Assembly (NCBI GenBank): GCA_004431415.1
Contig: QPMI01000436.1
Span: 434,001 to 498,000 of the forward strand
Source of the DNA: Cyanophora paradoxa CCMP329
Taxonomy: Eukaryota; Plantae; Glaucophyta
Reading direction: 5' to 3'
Length of the DNA stretch: 64,000 nucleotides
The position numbers were made by a program, and so were the translations under genes. A model generated the notes under the pieces. That model worked only from the letters and a program-made list of their open reading frames with translations, ran no database searches and was not told where the DNA came from. Positions 58,800 to 64,000 of this stretch are shown here, piece by piece. The first letter of the stretch is position 1. Every line of letters begins with the position of its first letter.

Positions 58800-61758
58800 C
58801 TTCATGGCACGGGAAACCCTTAGCTACGACCTACGAGGCAGGCGCTCGCGCCTGGAGGCGGAGGAGAGCGCGGCTGAGCGAGCGCTGCGGCACCGTCGCT
58901 GAGGCTCCGAAGCCCCGCGTGAGGTGAGCCAGCGGGTCGTGCGCGCGTGCGAAGCGCTTCGGCTCCGGTGAAGCGGTGCGGGGCGCAGCGTGCTGCCCTC
59001 CAGCCCGCTGCCGGCGCCGCGCGTCTTCACGGAGGAGTCCTTCGGCGCCCACGAGTTCGGGTACGACTCTCTCGACTTTTCTCCGCGCCAAGGTTCGAGT
59101 TCGATCCGCGCCCGCCCCGTTCCGCCCCGCCCTGCGGCCCAGCTGAGCCGAGCGGGGGCGCAGCTGTGGCGGCAGTGCCCGCAGACGCTGACGCTGAGCG
59201 AGGAGAACCTCGAGCGCAAGTGGGCGGCCCTCTCCCGCGAGATCGGCGCGGACGGCGCCAGGCGCGGCCCCGCGGCTCTCCCCCGCTTCCCCCCCTGCCC
59301 CTCTCAATCTAAGCGGCGGGTGTGCAGTCGCGTCTTCGAGGAGACGATTGCGCCGACACTCTCCGTCGAGAACCTCCTCGGCAAGCTCGACGAGGTGCGC
59401 TCAGATCGGATCGGACCGCTCAGATCAGATCAGATCTGATCTGACATCTCTCGGGGGCAGGTGCAGGGGGCGCTGGGGGCGCCGCGGCGGGAGCTGCCGG
59501 CGCTGGCGGCGCGCATGCCGGGCCTCCTCGAGGTGCGCGCCGCTCAGATCCGATCCGATCTGATCTGATCTAATCTGATCCGATCCGACTCCTTCCCCCC
59601 CGCAGGCGGACGTGCCGGCGCGCGCCGGGGTCTCGTTCGAGTACCTGGGGAGCCTCGGCCTCTCCCGCGCCGAGATGAGCGCCGGCGAACTCAGCCGCCA
59701 CGCCTGTTCGTAGTCCCGCCTAGAGCTAGAGCCTGGGCTAGACCCCCGCCCGCCGCGGCCCAACGAACGGCCCTGACGCGCCCCTGTGGGCTTTCATGCT
59801 GCCGACGCCTACCCTTGTGGGCTAGCAGCCGATCCCCTTCCTTCCCCTCTCCCCCCCCCCTTCCATCCCCCCTTCCACCCCTCCTTCCCCGCCCCCTTCC
59901 CCCGCCTTTCTCACCTTCGGATCAGGCCGCCGCCGCGCTCTAGACTCTGAGACGCCGCCGTCGCAATACGCGTTCTTCAGCCGCGCCGCCCCCGCGCCGC
60001 CCGCCGCCGCCTGACGCCGCCCGTACCGGCCCCCCGCCTCCGGATCCGCGGGGGCCCGCCTGGAGGCGGAGGAGGGCGCGGACGGGCGAGCGCTGCGGCG
60101 CCATCCGCTCGGACGGCGCGGACGGCGCCAGGCGCGGCCCCCCCCCCCTCCCCCGGCCCATCTTCCCGGCCCCTCTCAATCTAAGCGGCGGGCGCGCAGG
60201 CGCGTCTTCGAGGAGACGATCGCGCCGACCCTCTCCGTCGAGAACCTCCTCGGCAAGCTCGACGAGGTGCGCTCAGATCAGATCGCTCAGGTCGCTCAGA
60301 TCAGATCTGATCTGACCTTACTCGGGGGCAGGTGCAGGGGGCGCTGGGGGCGCCGCGGCGGGAGCTGCCGGCGCTGGCGGCGCGCATGCCGGGCCTCCTC
60401 GAGGTGCGCGCCGCTCAGATCCGATCCGATCTGATCTGATCTAATCTGATCCGATCCGACTCCTTCCCCCCCGCAGGCGGACGTGCCGGCGCGCGCCGGG
60501 GTCTCGTTCGAGTACCTGGGGAGCCTCGGCCTCTCCCGCGCCGAGATGAGCGCCGGCGAACTCAGCCGCCACGCCTGGTCTTAGCCTAGCCTAGATCCTA
60601 GTCCCACCTAGAGCCTGGGCTAGACCCCCCGCCCTCCTGCCAAGGCCCGACGCGCGGCCCTGACGCGCGCCGCGCTGTACCATCCGCAGGCGGCCGCCGT
60701 GCTACGGGCCGTGCCGCGCCTCCTCGTCTCCGACATCGACGCCTGCTACAGCCCCGCCGTGCGCCCCCGCGCCCTGCGCTGCCACCCCCCCTCTAAAAGC
60801 GGTACCCCAGGTCTCTTTCCTGCTCTCGACGGGCTTCTCGCCGTCGGACGCGGCGCTGCTGATCCGCCGGCGGCCCACGCTCCACCGCTTCTCCGTCACC
60901 AAGTACTACTCCCCCCTGGTCCACCTCCCGCGCCCTCTGTCCGCCGCCCCTCCCCCTCGTCTCTGACCCGTACCCCCCGCCCCGGCTCAGGTGATGTTCC
61001 TGTCGCGGCAGGGGATCCACGGCCCCGCCCTCGTCCGCCTCCTCCGCCTCGCCCCCGAGCTCCTCGGTCCGCCGGGCTATCAAATCCGAAGTAACCGTTG
61101 AACAGGTCTAGCCGGGCGGGCTCACTACTTCTCTTATGATCTAGAGCTAGATCTCTTACGATCTCTATCTCTCTAGATCTTATAAGCCATGAGCCATCGC
61201 TCCCTCTGCTGCCCTCGCTCCGATTCGGCCGACGCTGACGGGCCGCCCGCGCGCAGGCCACTTCATCGAGAGCCTCAGGCGCGTACCCCCACGCCCGCCC
61301 TCCCCCCTCCGCCCCGAACCCGAACCCCCCGCAGGCCCAAGTTCGAATTCATGTACGCCCAGCACTACTCCGCCCGCGACGTCATCTCGTACCCCACGGC
61401 CCTCAAGTGCTCCTTCGGTGCCCCGTACCCCGCCCGCCGCCACCGCTCCCGCCCGCCCACCCGCCCTCCCTTCTTTCGCAGAGAGACGCATCCGCCCGCG
61501 GCTGCTGTTCCTCGCGGGGCGCGGCCTGCGGGCGCCCCTATGGCAGGCCGCGCCCCTTTGCCGCGCCCTCACCCTCCGGTGCGCCGTACCCCTTCCCCTT
61601 TCCCCCCCATCGTTTTCTCACGTGTACCCCCGGACCCGGGGGGGTACAGGGACGGGCGGTTCGCGGGGGAGGAGGCGCGGCGCCGGCCTGAGGAGTGGGC
61701 AGCCTTCCTCGGGCGCCACGCGGGCGGGCCGGCCGGGACACGCGGCCAAAACGGCTGA
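58800..61758 (+). pseudogene. mTERF copy 5 (internal deletion plus internal tandem duplication)
   Basis: Begins at cttcatggcacgggaaacc (matches 18502). Lacks the exons between about 59100 and 59130. 60110-60580 repeats 59245-59705. Retains the terminal exon. Confidence 0.75.
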
Positions 61759-63001
61759 GCGAGCGTACCCCGTGCGCCCTGGGTACAGCGAGGAGCGTTG
61801 CGTCCAAACTTGAAAGCACCAGTGCCGGGCCACTGCCGCAGTGCCGGCGGCGACTGCGGGGGCGCGGCGGCGGGCCGGCGCCGCCGGCCGGCGCCGCCCC
61901 CGGGCCCGGCGCCGGCGCCGCGCGCGCGGCGCGGGCGCCGCGGCGCGGCCCGCAGCAGCCGGGCGCCCGCGGGCCGCGGCCTGCCACCGGCTGCCAGCAG
62001 CCGCCCGCTCAGGCGGAATCCGGATCCGCCGGCGCCGCGCCGCCGGCCCGCGGCCCCGCGGGCTGCGGCTGAAGTTCCGCCGCCCAGGAGCTCTCGATGT
62101 AGCTACTACTACGGTAGTACTAGCCTACTAGCCGCTGAGCTATATATTAATATATGTCCAACGTGATACCGAGTATGCGTCGGATTGTCCCCGGTACGTG
62201 GGTTAGGGACAACTTCGGGCTCGAAATAGCCGCCTCGAATTCAAGATCTTGCAATTGGGAATGTGACCGTCGGACATGAACAGGATTTGCACGTCACAGC
62301 TGAATCTGAGCTCGAGCTAGCGCTGATCCGGCCGATTACATAAATCAAACAAGTTAGCTATAGTTTACACGGTTTACACGAATTAACCCTTCGATTCAAT
62401 TCGACGGGGGGTTCGCCGGGAACTTCCGGGATCCGCCCCACCGTAGTCTCTCAAAAAAAACATTCGAAATTGATTCGAATTAAAATTCGCGCGCGCGAGC
62501 AATTGCAATTGACTTCAAAAAGGTAAAGAGGATCTCGAAATGACTGTACCCGGGCAAGCCGCCGGCCGCCTCATATCGATAATCGATACAGTACCAGTAT
62601 CCGATCCGGCGACGCCGTCCTGCAGCTGAGCTGCAGTTACAATTGCAACTTGCAAGCAGCAGCAGCAGCAGCAGAAGAAGCAGCTGCAGCCGGGGACGCT
62701 GAGCAGAAGCAGGCCTAGAGACGCTGATCATGAGCGCTGCTAACGCTAGTTAGTTCGAACCCCGGCCCAGGAAGTGAAGCTCTAGCTATAGCAGCTGCCA
62801 CCCCCGCCCGCTGCCAGGCCCTGAGGCTGACGAGCCTTAGGTGACTGAGAAGCGCTTTGTGCGACGCGTACGCGTGTACGTGCTGTTTCCGAACTTCCGA
62901 AGTCGTCGGACTCCCACGTTCACCAGCGCCCCGCGCGCGGCCGGGAGCTTCGTCGATCCGATATCGATCGGTCCAGCTGCGGCCGGACTGGACCTCGCGG
63001 A

Positions 63002-64000
63002 ATGTCTGTGGACGTCGCCTCTCCCAGCTGCAGCTCTCCCGGGCTGAAGTTCCTTGAGCTCGAGCTCCAGCCCGGATCGGGGCGCAGCATGTGCACGTCG
63101 GTCTCGCTTGCCCTTCCGGCGCACGTCCCGGCGGCGCGCGTGCAGTACGCTTCGAATTCAGCAGCGGGGCCTGTGAAGCCTCTCCCGATTAACTATATTC
63201 CTACAGCGAAGAGCTGTCAAACGCCGCCCGCGGCCTCCGCGGGCGGCGCCCGCAGCGACGTTCTGGAGCTCGCGTCGCTTTCCCACTCGGCGCTCGGCGA
63301 TATGCACGCGGAGATCGATATGGATGCCCTGGAGCACGAGCTGAGGACCGTCCGGACGTCCCGGCGCTGCGCGGGCGAATTTGACCCCTCCGGTGCGCCA
63401 GGCGGCCCTTCATTCTCGCGCTACAACCGAGCGCGCATGCACTTGCTCGCGCGGTTCTAATCCCGCGCGCCTTTCGCTCCACCGCGCAGACTCCGGCGAA
63501 GAGATCGGGCCCGGGGCGCTGATGTGTCTGAGCCCCCTGTCGCCGGAGACCGACGACCAGGCGCCCCCTCCTTCCTCCCTCTCGACCGCCCTCTTTAGCG
63601 GACTCCGGGCCCTCAACGTCACTCTTTCGCGTGCGTGAGCCCCCTGAAAACAAATTTGAATATGAGGTCTAGACCTAGATCCCGACGCCCTTCCGTGATT
63701 TGATCTGATTTGATCTGATCCCGACCGGCAGCCTTGAACGCGCGGAGCCTCTCGCCGTCGCTGTCGCCCCGACCGCGGGCCGCGCTCACGTCCGAGGAGG
63801 TCCTCTGCGGGTCGGTCTCGCGGAACCGGTCCCTTCGCCGCTGCCAGACGATGTCGGGGACCTCTTCGGAGGCTCTCGGGCCCGGGCCCGGGCCCGGGCC
63901 CGCCGCCCCGAGCTCCGGATCTGGATATGGCGAAGGGGATTCGGGTTCGAATCCGGCCGCGGCGGGGCAGCAGCAGCAGCGGGCGCAGTGCCCCTCGCTC
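63002..64000 (+). CDS. Hypothetical Ser/Pro-rich protein, 5' part (runs off window)
   Basis: Coding-like ORF 63002-63390 followed by short introns (to cgcag at about 63489 and ggcag at about 63731). No domain recognised. Confidence 0.35.

Overview
GC-rich, intron-dense eukaryotic nuclear DNA. It is most consistent with a primary-plastid alga, possibly a glaucophyte (inferred from M-A-F-V/M-L-S-F-V transit-peptide starts and a cyanobacterial-type gene). Most ORFs in the track are spurious products of high GC. The left ~21 kb is compact single-copy gene space: UBC13, a POWERDRESS/N-CoR-like SANT protein, a Tim17-like membrane protein, ABCF3/GCN20, a secreted LamG-like protein, a plastid VOC/glyoxalase-family protein and an intact mTERF. 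The remainder (21-62 kb) is a segmentally duplicated accessory region. It holds four decayed mTERF copies, a TRP-type ion-channel gene plus a truncated second copy, two copies of a TM/coiled-coil repeat gene, a Ulp1 protease relic and a 5'-truncated RT-RNase H non-LTR retrotransposon. Two observations stand out. (1) The TRP channel N-terminus is encoded by 13 tandem, symmetric phase-2 exons (twelve of 99 nt, one of 105 nt), each one ankyrin repeat. The frameworks and several introns are near-identical, but the codons at the ankyrin/DARPin binding-surface positions are hypervariable and show recombination mosaics, so it looks like a shuffling, DARPin-like receptor fused to a channel. (2) Paralog comparisons show a recurrent stereotyped +6-nt mutation, XYZ to XYZ-revcomp(XYZ)-XYZ, seen at least 10 times and sometimes nested. 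It plausibly explains the palindrome-rich noncoding DNA. Exon boundaries were read by eye and are approximate where stated.
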